DNA of 64,000 nucleotides, the filler included, from Basidiobolus ranarum (taxonomy: Eukaryota), in NCBI GenBank assembly GCA_040143965.1. It is 42 parts of 42 records of this genome, joined end to end, with 100 filler letters (N's around TTAATTAATTAA, not from the genome) between each part and the next. Parts side by side here need not be neighbours in the genome. Positions count along the whole stretch, not along the records: positions 38,249 to 39,673 come from JASJQH010012104.1; positions 39,774 to 41,198 come from JASJQH010012105.1; positions 41,299 to 42,723 come from JASJQH010012106.1; positions 42,824 to 44,247 come from JASJQH010012107.1; positions 44,348 to 45,771 come from JASJQH010012108.1; positions 45,872 to 47,295 come from JASJQH010012109.1; positions 47,396 to 48,819 come from JASJQH010012110.1; positions 48,920 to 50,342 come from JASJQH010012111.1; 34 more parts are not named here. One strand, written 5' to 3'. Each line of letters opens with the position of its first letter. Position 1 is the stretch's first letter. A program made the position numbers and the translations under genes. The notes under the pieces were generated by a model. That model saw only the letters and a list, made by a program, of their open reading frames with translations, searched no databases and was not told where the DNA came from. Shown here in pieces: positions 38,375 through 50,342 of the stretch.

Positions 38375-39673
38375 AGTTGAAGCTTCTTGTCATTATCATA
38401 TTTGTTATCTCTACATTTATACACCTAACTATCTCATATATCTCATATAAGTTTTTTAAGATTACTTAGTCAAATGTCACTTAACTGCAAATTGGAACAT
38501 ATATATTATATATATGTGAATAATGTGAGAATTAGCAATTCCATATTGGAAATTTCAGACTCCTCCAAATTGCCCTACAGATAGCTCATTTTACTCCTAC
38601 AGATGTTCTGAACACAACCCCGGTGTTAGTTTCTCTGTGCTTCCACCAAAATGTATAAATGCTTCATTACGGAACTAAAAATAATTATCTAACAAAGCTA
38701 TTCACAACTCCACTTTTTTAATGTTCCCCCAAACAGCCCATATTTTCCCAATAGGTTATGAGCCCCATGTTCTAACCTTTAAAGCATGACAGAAACCACT
38801 ACTACAGCTTTCATTAACTCAAGTGTTGAAGAGGTTAATGAAGAAAATTACAACATCTGGAAGTTCAGGTTGCAAATCATGCTGGAAAACAGGGAGCTTT
38901 GGGATGTGGTCTCTGGAGACAAAAAGGAACCTTCCAACACTTGTTTGTTGGAAGCCTACATGAAAAGAGACAAGAAGGCCTTTAATGTCATTTGTGAAAG
39001 TTTGAAGGATTCACAACTTGTGAATATCCAATATGCAAAGAATTCCCATCAAGCTTGGACTATATTGGAAGAGTTTTATGAAGCAAAGAGTCTTACTATT
39101 AAACTCTTTCTCAGACAAGTATTCTACAATATAAAGATGGAAAAGTCTGAAAGCATTGTTACTTATATTGCAAATGTGAGATCTTTGGCAAAACAACTGG
39201 AAAATATTGGTGCAACTTTACAGGAAGAAGATGTCATTATGACTCTTCTAAGTAGTCTACCAGAACAGTATTCAAACTTGGTCACAGCTTTGGAAGCAAG
39301 ATCTGACAAGTTGTCTTTGAAGTTTGTGGTAGCAAGGCTAATGATTCAACATCTCAGAAGTAAGAATTTGGAAAAAGAATCTGAAAAAGTGGCTCTTTTT
39401 GGAGCTGGAAAACGTAGCTTTGGCAAGTACAAAGGTTACAAAAGAAGGAAACCAGGTTTATGCTATGGTTGTAACAAACCAGGACACCAGATAAAAGATT
39501 GCAAATCAAGAAATTACAACAAAAGTGAGAAGTCAGAACAAGCAAATCAGGTTTCAACCAAAGAGGAAGTTTTATTCATTTCTGCCCTATCAGTGACCTC
39601 TGAACAAGACTGTAGGTTGTGGTATATTGATTTTGGAGCCTCTCAACATTTCTCTAATCAAAAAAACTGGTTT
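38375..39673 (+). mobile_element. Copia family A 5' end: LTR (38375-38753), PBS (38754-38765), open gag-protease ORF from 38786
   Basis: NYNIWKFRLQIMLE, CYGCNKPGHQIKDC knuckle, WYIDFGASQH (DSG motif altered). Confidence 0.95.
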
Positions 39674-39804
39674 NNNNNNNNNNNNNNNNNNNNNNNNNNN
39701 NNNNNNNNNNNNNNNNNTTAATTAATTAANNNNNNNNNNNNNNNNNNNNNNNNNNNNNNNNNNNNNNNNNNNNGTAAGTGTGAAAGTGAGCTGGGTAAAA
39801 GAAC

Positions 39805-40194
39805 TTAAGATTCATTGAAGGACGGTCGGTCAACCCTTATGCCACCATTACCTCCACCGTTGTTGCCACCATTACCTCCACCGTTATTACCGCCGCCAGT
39901 ACCACCACCACCGCCTAAACAGATCTTGGCATCCACATTAATTCCGAGAGCCTTTGCACTAGCGACCAGTTCTGGGCAGCCCATGCCTCCAGGATTTTTT
40001 CCCCCACCATCATTTCCACCATTGCCAATGCAAACTTTAGCATCAATATTGGCACCCAATAAGTTCAATTTGGCGACGATTCCTCGGCAATAGCCATCAC
40101 CAGTCTTCGATTTATAAAAAGTGGGTGCAGCAGAAGTTCCAGTCAATAGGGCTATAGTAGAGAATAAAAGGATGGCTCTAGAATGGAACAACAT
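39805..40194 (-). CDS. 129-aa secreted Gly/Asn-rich protein with two Cys-bounded repeats
   Basis: Signal peptide; CRGIVAKLNLLGANIDAKVC and CPELVASAKALGINVDAKIC; GGNNGGGN tail; TATA upstream at ~40367-40375. Confidence 0.85.
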   Translation of the reverse strand: MLFHSRAILLFSTIALLTGTSAAPTFYKSKTGDGYCRGIVAKLNLLGANIDAKVCIGNGGNDGGGKNPGGMGCPELVASAKALGINVDAKICLGGGGGTGGGNNGGGNGGNNGGGNGGIRVDRPSFNES

Positions 40195-40254
40195 TTTTCA
40201 AGCTGGATAAAAGAAAGTTTAGAGTTCAGAAGTTGTTTGGTGATAAGGAAATTG

Positions 40255-40345
40255 AATAGATGTGATTAAATGATTATAAATAAATAAATATGAATTGAAT
40301 GGAATGGAATGAATTGAATTGAATGAATTGATTGATTGATTTGTG
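40255..40345. repeat. Compound microsatellite (TAAA/GAAT/GAATT/GATT) in probable 5' UTR
   Basis: TAAATAAATAAATATGAATTGAATGGAATGGAATGAATTGAATTGAATGAATTGATTGATTGAT between TATA and ATG. Confidence 0.8.
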
Positions 40346-41298
40346 AAGATCCGGGTGAGGCTCCAGTATTTATAGTTGACTTTTCAGGGGAAGAAAAAAT
40401 ATTCAAATGATCAAGCTAGTCTAAGGCTAGTTAGAAACGAAGAATCGCTTGAGAATCGCTTTGCCATCCACCTGTTACTGTTGCTACCCACCTGTTAATC
40501 TCGCAGTGTGCATAAGTTGATTGAATCAACCGGATATGGTAATCTTTGAAATATCCCTACCGCTGCTGAATTCTCCTAGAAATCAATTACTTCTCTACTA
40601 GCGTTAAACTAGGACGAAAGAGAGACTCTCCTGAACCACTAATGCAGATAGTTTAATCATATCGATACTAATGACTTACTACATTACCTTTCATTCATGT
40701 TGTTGTATGCAGCATTAGATCCCTTAATTCTGCTTTACATACTAGCAAGCACGATCGACAGGGATATTCTTGTGGGAACGGTTTATGTACATTAGCCTTA
40801 ATATAGTAGCTATATATGTATACTGTTATTATCTATTTAAGTACAATATTACTAGTTGCGACCTTTCTGTACTTGTCTAATCTCACTAATTGCGACTAAA
40901 TTGCTTTCTAAATATCTCTAGATACGGATTGAATCATTGTTTATTCGGGATATATATATTCTAAGATGGGCCAAGCAAAGACAAATGAAAAAATGACATT
41001 GGGAATGGTAGTGAAAATGGTATGAATAACTTATGCAGAATAATGCAGTTCTTAAGGGTGCTTTCTAACACTAGCATTAAGTGCGATCTGATTGTTGAGA
41101 CTAGTTACGACCTCCTAAGCATACATTAGCATTGATCTGGAGACCTAAAACATTGGCGTCGGCTACAATAAATGGACATCTGTTTCCACCTCTCATACNN
41201 NNNNNNNNNNNNNNNNNNNNNNNNNNNNNNNNNNNNNNNNNNTTAATTAATTAANNNNNNNNNNNNNNNNNNNNNNNNNNNNNNNNNNNNNNNNNNNN

Positions 41299-42723
41299 TA
41301 GGTTAAGTTGCTTTGGGTTGGCCATGTGAGAAGTTTCTCAATCTTAGATGGTCCTGGTGTTCTTCCATGACTGCCAGATTTCTACCCAACTAGGGATATT
41401 TCTGGCACTCCAAAGGCACTTGTTGCACCACTTATAGTGAGTCCAGCTTTCTCAATTTTGGTCATTGCCTTGTATATGGATACATACAAATCTTCTTACT
41501 CCTGGGAGTACTTCAGTTGGGTCCTTGATAGGTGATCTTTTTATGCCAATGTCATCTACAAATACAGCTGACTTGACTGGGATGAACTTGTAAAGGACAT
41601 TGACCATCACACATTGAAACTGTGCAACAGATTTAGTTTCACCTTGGCTGAGTCTTGTCATTATAAGCAGCCCAAATGGAGTCTGCAGTCTAAACATGTC
41701 TCTTGAGGTTGCATCAATGGGTATTTGGTTGTATCATGAGCATATATCGTAGGTAGAATATATGGAAGCTCCTGCAAAGCTCTCTGCAAATTCATTAATT
41801 GATGGGGGTACTGCAGCATCTCTGATTGTCACAGTATTGGCTGGCTGCATGTCTTGTATGAATCTCAGTTTGCCATTCTTCTTCTTTGTGACAAACCAGC
41901 AATTGACATAAGGTGCATAGCATGGTTCTAGGATTCCAACTTCAATCTTACTCTTAAGGAGTGCATATACATCTGGTTGCAGGCTTCTTGGCAGTGGGCA
42001 AGGTTTATAAAACAATGGTATGTGTTCTGGAGTGTGAATTTTTATCAGTTTCTCAATTGAGGGCAGTAGTAGTCCCAATTCCTGGTCATTGTGGCAAAGA
42101 CTCTGTCATGTCTGACAATCATTTCTCTGAATAGTTTAACTTCTTGAGGGCTGAGGTTGCCTTTGCCAATCTTGACAGTAGCTAGTCTCTCTGGAGTTAG
42201 TCTGATACTAGTGTTGTTGTCTAGTGGCTCCCTTTCTAGATTGGCTGGTCCAGTTCCATTAGTGAGTGGTTCAAGGGAAGGTTTTACTTTAGTAGTAACT
42301 GTCTTATACTTGGTCCTAACAATGGCTTCTTGTACTTTAGGTCTTAAAGCTGCTCCCCAAGCTAAGCTTGAGTTGGATATAAAATGTATCTGGTAGTGAT
42401 TTTATTCTTTGATGATGCTTCTGCACTCAGTTTGAGTTTTATGGTCAGTAGCTGGTGCTCCACATAAGTTGGCAAGTTGTCCTGGGTTGCTTCTGTAAAT
42501 AGTGCACCAAACAGATCTATCAGGGTAATTCATGACTGTTGCTCTTGCTTTTGTCTCCCAAGGTCTTCCAAGTAGTAGGTTGAAGTTTGCTTTTTGGCAG
42601 ATGAAGACAGGTACAGTCTACTCTACTCCTTGTATGTTGATAGGAAATGCATGAATGGCTCCTAAAAGTGAAGAGACTCCAGTGTTGGCATCACACATAT
42701 TCCAGTGTATGTCAGTATCCATT
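41299..42723 (-). mobile_element. Ty3/Gypsy protease-RT remnant
   Basis: LLLGRPW, WFVTKKKNGKLRFIQDMQPANTVTIRDA, RLSQGETKS, VFVDDIGI. Confidence 0.93.
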
Positions 42724-42823
42724 NNNNNNNNNNNNNNNNNNNNNNNNNNNNNNNNNNNNNNNNNNNNTTAATTAATTAANNNNNNNNNNNNNNNNNNNNN
42801 NNNNNNNNNNNNNNNNNNNNNNN

Positions 42824-44210
42824 TGGCTTGTCCAGTCTAGTTTGCGGTTTGTTTGTATTCACAGTCTCTTCTTCAGATGTGGAGCCTTCACTTAATGGGT
42901 CAACCAGCCATTGCTGCAGGCACGCAGCTCTATGCATCAACCCAGAATGTCTCACTTGAGGTTTGTGCTGGACAGTTATTGCTTCTTCAGCCATGTTAGA
43001 AGCTTCATCTCTTTTGACTGGCCACCATGACCTCTGTTGCATGGCAGAATGTGTTGGAGTGAGTTGTCTACCTTGAGATTTATGCTTGACAATCATTGCT
43101 TCTTCAACCATGGTGGAATGATCATCTCTTTTGACTGGCCATGACCACGGTTGCATGGCAGTACATGTTGGATTAAGTCAGCTACCTTGTGGTTTGTGTT
43201 TGGCAGCTCTTGCCTCTTCAACCATGGTAGAAGCTTCATCTCTTTTGACTGGCCATGGCCATGGTCACATGGCAGTACGTGTTGGAGCAAGTTGTCTTCC
43301 TTGTAGTTTGTGTTCTGTGGTTATTGCTTCTTCAACCTCAGTGGAAGCTTCATCTCTTTTGACTGGTCATTGCTGTGGTTGCATTCCAGTACATGTTGGA
43401 GCAAGTCTTATACCTTGAGGTTTGCATTGAGGAGTTCTTGCCTCTTCAACCATCATAGAAGCTTCATCTCTTTCAAATGGCCGCTGTGACCTCTGTTGCA
43501 TGACAGAACACATCAGAGCATATTGTCTACATTGAGGTTGGTGTTTGACTGTTGTGACTTCTTCAAGCCCACTAAGAGCTTCACTATGTCTCTCAAACAC
43601 CCATTGTCTTGGTCTTGTAGGGGTATGCATTGTAACAAATTGCTGTCTTAGTAGATTGCTTTCAGGTGTCAGATCTTCATCCAACAAAGAGGAAGGTTGA
43701 ATAACTCTTGCAGTTGGCCTTTGTTGCTGTTGCACAGTTGTATGTGTTAAACCAGTATGTCTTTCTGGTAGCACACTCCTTGGAGGTGACTCTTCTCCAG
43801 ATGTAAAAGCTCACCGGTTGGTTTGGTTGAATCAGGCAAATTGCACGCTACAATGTGTGAGAATGTGGGCCATCCTCTTTCTGGTTCTTCATTGACTGCT
43901 TGCTCTTCATCAAAACAGGAGAAGCATCATGGACTCTTCCAAGCTGGCATTGCTGTAGATGTGTACTACTAGCTGATGAACCAACTTGTTGGGCTCTTGC
44001 CCTTGTTGGAGGTGTTGCATCAATTCTAATGGTGAGTTGTGTAGATTCTTCTTGTGAAATAGATACCTTGTCAGGAGTCTCTTTGCTTTGGAGTGATCTA
44101 GTATGTCTCTGCAACAGTCTGGACTGCTCCAATTTCCCTTTGGGAATATCTTCTGATTCAATAAATTGTCTTGCTTTTCTCTTTACACCTCTGTTGATTA
44201 CTCTTGCCAT
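42824..44210 (-). pseudogene. Decayed long ORF with 114-117-bp (38-39 aa) tandem repeats, probably TE-borne
   Basis: Starts MARVINRGVKRKAR; unit WPVKRDEAS..VEEA recurs at ~43006, 43123, 43237, 43351, 43465; CpG-depleted; another piece at ~38320-38374. Confidence 0.7.
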
Positions 44211-45871
44211 AGTGTCCTGAAATGTTGTTTTGAACTCTGCAACCTCCNNNNNNNNNNNNNNNNNNNNNNNNNNNNNNNNNNNNNNNNNNNNTTAATTAAT
44301 TAANNNNNNNNNNNNNNNNNNNNNNNNNNNNNNNNNNNNNNNNNNNNGGCTCTACTCTCCCACTTACCAAATTCTTCACACCATTACAAAGATCTGCATT
44401 TCCAGAGTCAGATATACTGGCAAAAAAGCTTAATTTCACCATGGAACCAGGTACACTAGTTGGAAGAGTGCTAAATTTGGAAGTTTATCCAACACCTGGC
44501 ATCTCTCAACAAGCCAAAACACCAGCAAATAAAACTCATGGCTCTCCAATCTCAACTGGTACTTTTCAAAGTCTTGGAATTAACGCCAAACTTAGAGGCA
44601 CATAAAACACTGGACAAACACCACAAAGCACCCTCAGTAGTGTCACACTACAAGGATATACAAAAATAGTCACAGTGGTTGAGGAGTATTTTCAAATGTG
44701 TGAATGGAAAAACAGAGTGCAAGTATGCAGAAAGTGGTTTTAGAAGAAGAACATTCAAATTAACATTCAGTCTGGTGTTTACCATACAGATATCTGGGAA
44801 GAACTTAAAACAGAGTGGCATAATATTGCAGGATATCCACTGGATAGCTGGAAGAGTGTTGATTCAGCAATGTCAATACAATGGTGGGCTTTGATGGAGA
44901 TATTGATACAAATTTGTGTTGGGTATGAGCTAAACCTTGGGTATGAAGAACTCTATAAAAATATGAAGGAGAATATATGAAAGAGCCTAGGGATTTCAAA
45001 GGTGACAAATTAGCACTCAAGTGGTAAATGTGTAAATCTTGAGTTACATTTTTTGCACATGCATTGATCCATAGTTTGCTGAGATTGTAACCAATCATGT
45101 GCAACTATTTTGCAAGATCTTAAAATTTCACTCCTGGAACTGAAAAAAATGATTAAAATCAAATCTAACCTGCCAATTTTATGATGGTGAGTAAACAGTA
45201 AATCCCAAATGGATTAAAGTTGTGATGGTTTCCCTACAATAACAATCCTTAAATTTCTGTCAAAGTGTTATTTGCCACAGTCCTGGTACAAACAAAAACA
45301 GTTGTCAATTGTATGACTTCAAATTCTTCAGTAGTTAAACTACCTTCATGTCCAAATGGTTGTTTGGCTTTCACCGGTGATCTAAAAAACCCAAAGTCAA
45401 ATACTCTTTGCACACAATTGGCAATCACTGAATCAGGTAATTATTGTTCTTATCTGGCTTATATACTTTTGACTCCCCATCTTAAAGTTTTGATGAAACA
45501 CCCAAAGATGGATCATTAATCCAAATACAAAAGTACTCACAATAGAGCTGATTGTATTACCAATATACTTGATGGATATCACTACCAGAATCTTGAAAGT
45601 CAAGGTTTTTTGAGAACACATATGATCATGCATTGGCATTGGCTATTGATGGTTTCTGACTAAACAAATATACCATTGGAAAGGCTTGCTGGCCAATAAT
45701 TTTACTTAACTTAAATCTACCTCCTTCTGAACAGTATAAGGGTCATAATATTTTTATAACATCCATCATATNNNNNNNNNNNNNNNNNNNNNNNNNNNNN
45801 NNNNNNNNNNNNNNNTTAATTAATTAANNNNNNNNNNNNNNNNNNNNNNNNNNNNNNNNNNNNNNNNNNNN

Positions 45872-47195
45872 GTCACTTTGTTGTTTTCTTTCTGATGCTT
45901 AAGTATGCAATGGGAAAAATGCAAGTCAATTAAACTGATGCATCTGAAGAGAGAGTGCAAACTTCTAAATTCCAGATTGCAAAAAATTTGTCATTGGAAA
46001 TGAAAGCCTATTTCAGAAGGGCTGTTATTTGATGTTGATAGGTCAGCATGTATGAATACTGGGTGAGAATGGGTTTATATAGCTTCTGGAGAAAAGGATC
46101 AGAACTTACATAAACCTACATAAAACCCAAGTAGTTTGTATGCAATTATCAGTTATGGCATATCATGATTGGTTTGGAGCTTGACCTGATGTGAAACATT
46201 TGAGAATTTTTGGATGCACTGCTTATGTTAAAGTTATTAACCAAAGTTGCTTTACATTTGGTTGAAAAAGTGAGAAATGCAAATATCTGGGCGAATGTCA
46301 CCTTAAGGCCTACAGACTCTATGATTCCCAATTTAACAGTTAACCAAGCCCATATATATATTATGTTTGATGAAAATATCACATTCTTGTTTGACATGAC
46401 CTCCAATGTTGTTGACAAAAGATATATTTGCTTCTGATCAAGTCAATAAAGTTGATTTCAAACCAAACAATATAGAATTAAATAACATTCCTATGGACCT
46501 TGCAACCATAATTGAGGCCACTCTAGGTGCCCAATACAATTTCACATGCTGTAATATATATATCCCCAACCAGATGATAATATTAGTTTTAAAACAGCCC
46601 TGACCAAATTATCAATAACTGTCACAATTGGGCTTATCTCTGCAGGACTGAAATCTGTGAGCCCTTACATGTAAAAGCAGCCCCCAAATATCTCACATGC
46701 AAAATTTTGGAGGTCAGTAATGGCTGATGAGCAGGAGGCTTTGATTAAAATCAAATTTGGATTTTGACTAACTTACCTGATGATATAAAGGCAATTGCAC
46801 AATTGGTTGTTTATATTTGAATACAACTTTTATGGCAATATGGAAAGACACAAGGCTCAACTGGTAGCCAAAGGTTATTACTCAACACCAGGAATAGATT
46901 TTAAAGAAACATTTTCTTGTGTAGCAAAGTTCACTTCAGTTAGATTGACTTTGGTAATTTCTGTTATTATCAGCTCGTTATATTTCAAATGGCTTCAAAT
47001 GCAGCCTTAATGAAAGGCAAGCTTGCTGAGGAGAACTATAGTGCATCATCAGATGGATTTGGGTGCCATAAAAACCCTAAATAAGCTTTCCCACTCTGGA
47101 AAACACTCTATGGCTGAGAACAATTCTCCAAGAGCTTGAATTGGCAAGAGTGATTCTATGCTGGAAGCTCTGATATTACGTAAAAGTAGTAGTGA
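45872..47195 (+). mobile_element. Highly decayed Copia integrase-RT
   Basis: HLRIFGC-like segment, HKAQLVAKGY..PGIDFKETFS. Confidence 0.85.
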
Positions 47196-48919
47196 CCAGA
47201 GTATCCACACCATATATATGAACATCACCATGACAACCTAGCAGAGTGGAATATGTATTGGTCCATTAAGCCTACACATCAACCTGAAATTGTTTNNNNN
47301 NNNNNNNNNNNNNNNNNNNNNNNNNNNNNNNNNNNNNNNTTAATTAATTAANNNNNNNNNNNNNNNNNNNNNNNNNNNNNNNNNNNNNNNNNNNNAAAAC
47401 ATATGTGTATAGCTAGCATCTAAGTAGCCTTTAAGGTGGAGATCTAAACATTTTTATTCTTTACCCTAAGCAGTATGACTACATAGATGCGCCCTTGACT
47501 TTACCTCTTCAGGGATTAACACATATTTACATATTCAGTATTAAAATTATTGTAATCATGGGGTCTTTTGATTACTCATGAGTTGATATCTAAGCAACTA
47601 TTTTTGATTTGACTAATTACTACAGTGGAGAGAAAAATCACAAACCTTTCCCCTGTTGAAATTAGCATTGCCTAAACACCCATATAGTCATATGTAGCTT
47701 AGTTTTAGTTATCTTATATGTAACTAAGATATTACCCCTTATTCTGATGAGGAATTTACTTAGAATATATTTGCAGCTTAGAAGCTCTCAGATACATAGA
47801 TTTTTTGAAACTTGTGCCAGAAGCCCCAAAACCTGCAAACCTGTTCCTGGGACCTTCCTTAACACATTCTTCATGATAGTTTGTTTACATTATGACAAAC
47901 ATATAAATGTTAACTTTCAACTCCATAAATCAATAAGTGAAAACCACTAATTTCTCTACTTCTCCAAACCACTTCCAACAGGCCACCAAATACTTTTACA
48001 GAATATGAGCCTACTTCTCAAATTTCTGGAACTTTTCCTTCTTCTCAAAATTTGGATGGAACCAATTATTAAGTTTAGAAAATTAAAATGAAATGCTGCT
48101 GCAAGAAAAAGAACTTTAGGATACTGCTCTAGGAGAAGAAAACAATGCAAAACTATCTGAAGCCAAAGTTCTACTTCAGGTCAAAAAAGATCAAAGTTTC
48201 TATAACACAATTTGGCTTAATGTTAAAGACAAATTGCTAATTCAATGTTCAAGAGCCAAAACTACCAAGAAGGTATGGAAAGCCTTGGAAGACACCTCCT
48301 GAACACGGTTCTGCTGCCAACAATATATTTCTAAGACAATTTTGTAACTTAAAGATGAAGCCAGGAGAGGAGATTAATGTTATAGTGCTTGGGGGCCTGT
48401 TGGAAGTGGTTTGAAGAAGTAGAGGAATTGGTGGTTTTCACTTATTGATTTATTGAGTAGAAAGTTGACATTTATAGTTTTGTCAAGATGTAGACAAACT
48501 AAGTAAATTCCAATTGAGAATAATAGGTATTATCATAGTGAAATATAAGATAACAAAGTACTTGGCTATATATGACTATATAGGTGTTTAGTCAATGCTA
48601 ATTTCAGCATTATCAAATTTGGAAAATTGAAATGAAAATGATGCTGCAAGAAAAAGGACTTTGGGACACTGTTGTAGGAGAAGAATGTTGAAATTAGCAT
48701 TGCCTAAGCACCTATATAGTCATATATAGCTTAGTACTTAGTTATCTTATAACTCACTAAGATATTATCAATTATTCTCAATCGGAATTTACTTAGAATA
48801 TTTTTACCAACTTAGAAGTNNNNNNNNNNNNNNNNNNNNNNNNNNNNNNNNNNNNNNNNNNNNTTAATTAATTAANNNNNNNNNNNNNNNNNNNNNNNNN
48901 NNNNNNNNNNNNNNNNNNN

Positions 48920-50342
48920 CACCTTTGCCCCTTAACACTATATTTACATCCTCTGAGCTTGATTACATTGGTCATCAGGTTAAGTATGGATATGATCCAG
49001 TATTGTCACAATATCTCAAAAGATTGATGTCTTGATTGTCACTTTGTTTAGATTAGTATTTAAGCTAAATAAAGTCCACACCATCTGGTGCTTTTCATCC
49101 CCCTAAATTACAACTTTACTGACAGGCACCGGTTTCACTAAATTTCAGCTCCTACCAATCAGTTCTCCCAACTTAAAACATTGATAACGCAAGATTGGGT
49201 TGATGGATCACATACTCAGGCTTTAGCAATTCAATTCAATCAAAATTTTGCACACCTTGAGATCTGCATATGATGTATCTCTCCACCAAATTTCAGTATT
49301 GTAGCTTGATTTTTTGTGCTGGTATTACAGCTTTACTGACAGGCACCAGTTTCACTAAATTTCAGCTACTGCCAATCAGTTCTCCCAACTTAAAACACTG
49401 ATAATGCAAGATTGGGTTGATGGATCAGTATGAAACTTCGTACAGATATTAAACATAGTTTGGTAAACAAAATACTGAATTTTCATTTTGATTCATTGAC
49501 GACAGCAACCACAGTGTGTGCTTCTCTACCAACAATACATAAGAAAAAAATAAAAAACATTTGATAGCACCCTTTGTAGTATGTGGCATATATAACCCAA
49601 AGTTTCACTTTAATGACTATTTGGCTGCTTGCATACATACAAGCAAATTTAGAAAAACACAACTAATATATAAATATTATAAAAGTCAAACTATCAAACA
49701 AAACAGCAGGATTTTATTTACCAACAGATTGTGCCTGAATATGAAGTTATGACTTTTCACATTTGTCTAATTCTTTACTTCTTTCCTACATATTTGGTCT
49801 CTGCAATCTTTCTTGTTTTTGAACTTATCAATTCCATATTTACTTTCTTTATTTTATATTTCAATCTTTCCAATATATTGCATTAAATATAATTTTCAAG
49901 AAAAGAAGGAAGCCAAACATTTGGATATTGTTAATCATGAAAATGTTAAGTTATCACATTGGTGTGCATCAACTATCAATAAATAAAAGCTTAGAAATTA
50001 GAATTTTAATTTCAAGTGTATTGGCCTACTTAAGAAACTGTTGGAAGTGAAACAAATGAACACTCCAAGAAGATCAATTCTTATACTAGGAGGACTGCAT
50101 CCCCCAGACCCCCTCTTTTCATCCTTACCCTTACCAGAACATCTATACCCTAAGTTTTTGTCTTATTATCCATCTGGTTTGTACTGAGTACCTTCCTTTC
50201 TGCTTACCACCTTTGCCCCTTAACACTATATTTACATCCTCTGAACTTGATTACATTGGTCATCAGGTTAAGTATGGATATGATCCAGTATTGTCACAAT
50301 ATCTTAAAAGATTGATGTCTTGATTGTCACTTTGTTTAGATT
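48920..50342. repeat. One ~1288-bp unit of a probable tandem array with an internal ~100-bp duplication
   Basis: 48920-49053 recurs at 50208-50342 (two transitions); 49110-49209 recurs at ~49327-49427. Confidence 0.85.

Noticed and set aside
38786-39673. Long open gag ORF as an active or domesticated gene
   Set aside because: Sits behind an LTR and PBS, is CpG-depleted, has DFG in place of the protease DSG and is truncated by the contig end
39815-40093. Proline-rich plus-strand ORF
   Set aside because: Antisense shadow of the Gly-rich secreted protein
7669-40194. Apparent cluster of secreted lipase, GH20 enzymes and a small secreted protein
   Set aside because: Each lies on a separate unlinked contig; their order reflects contig length only
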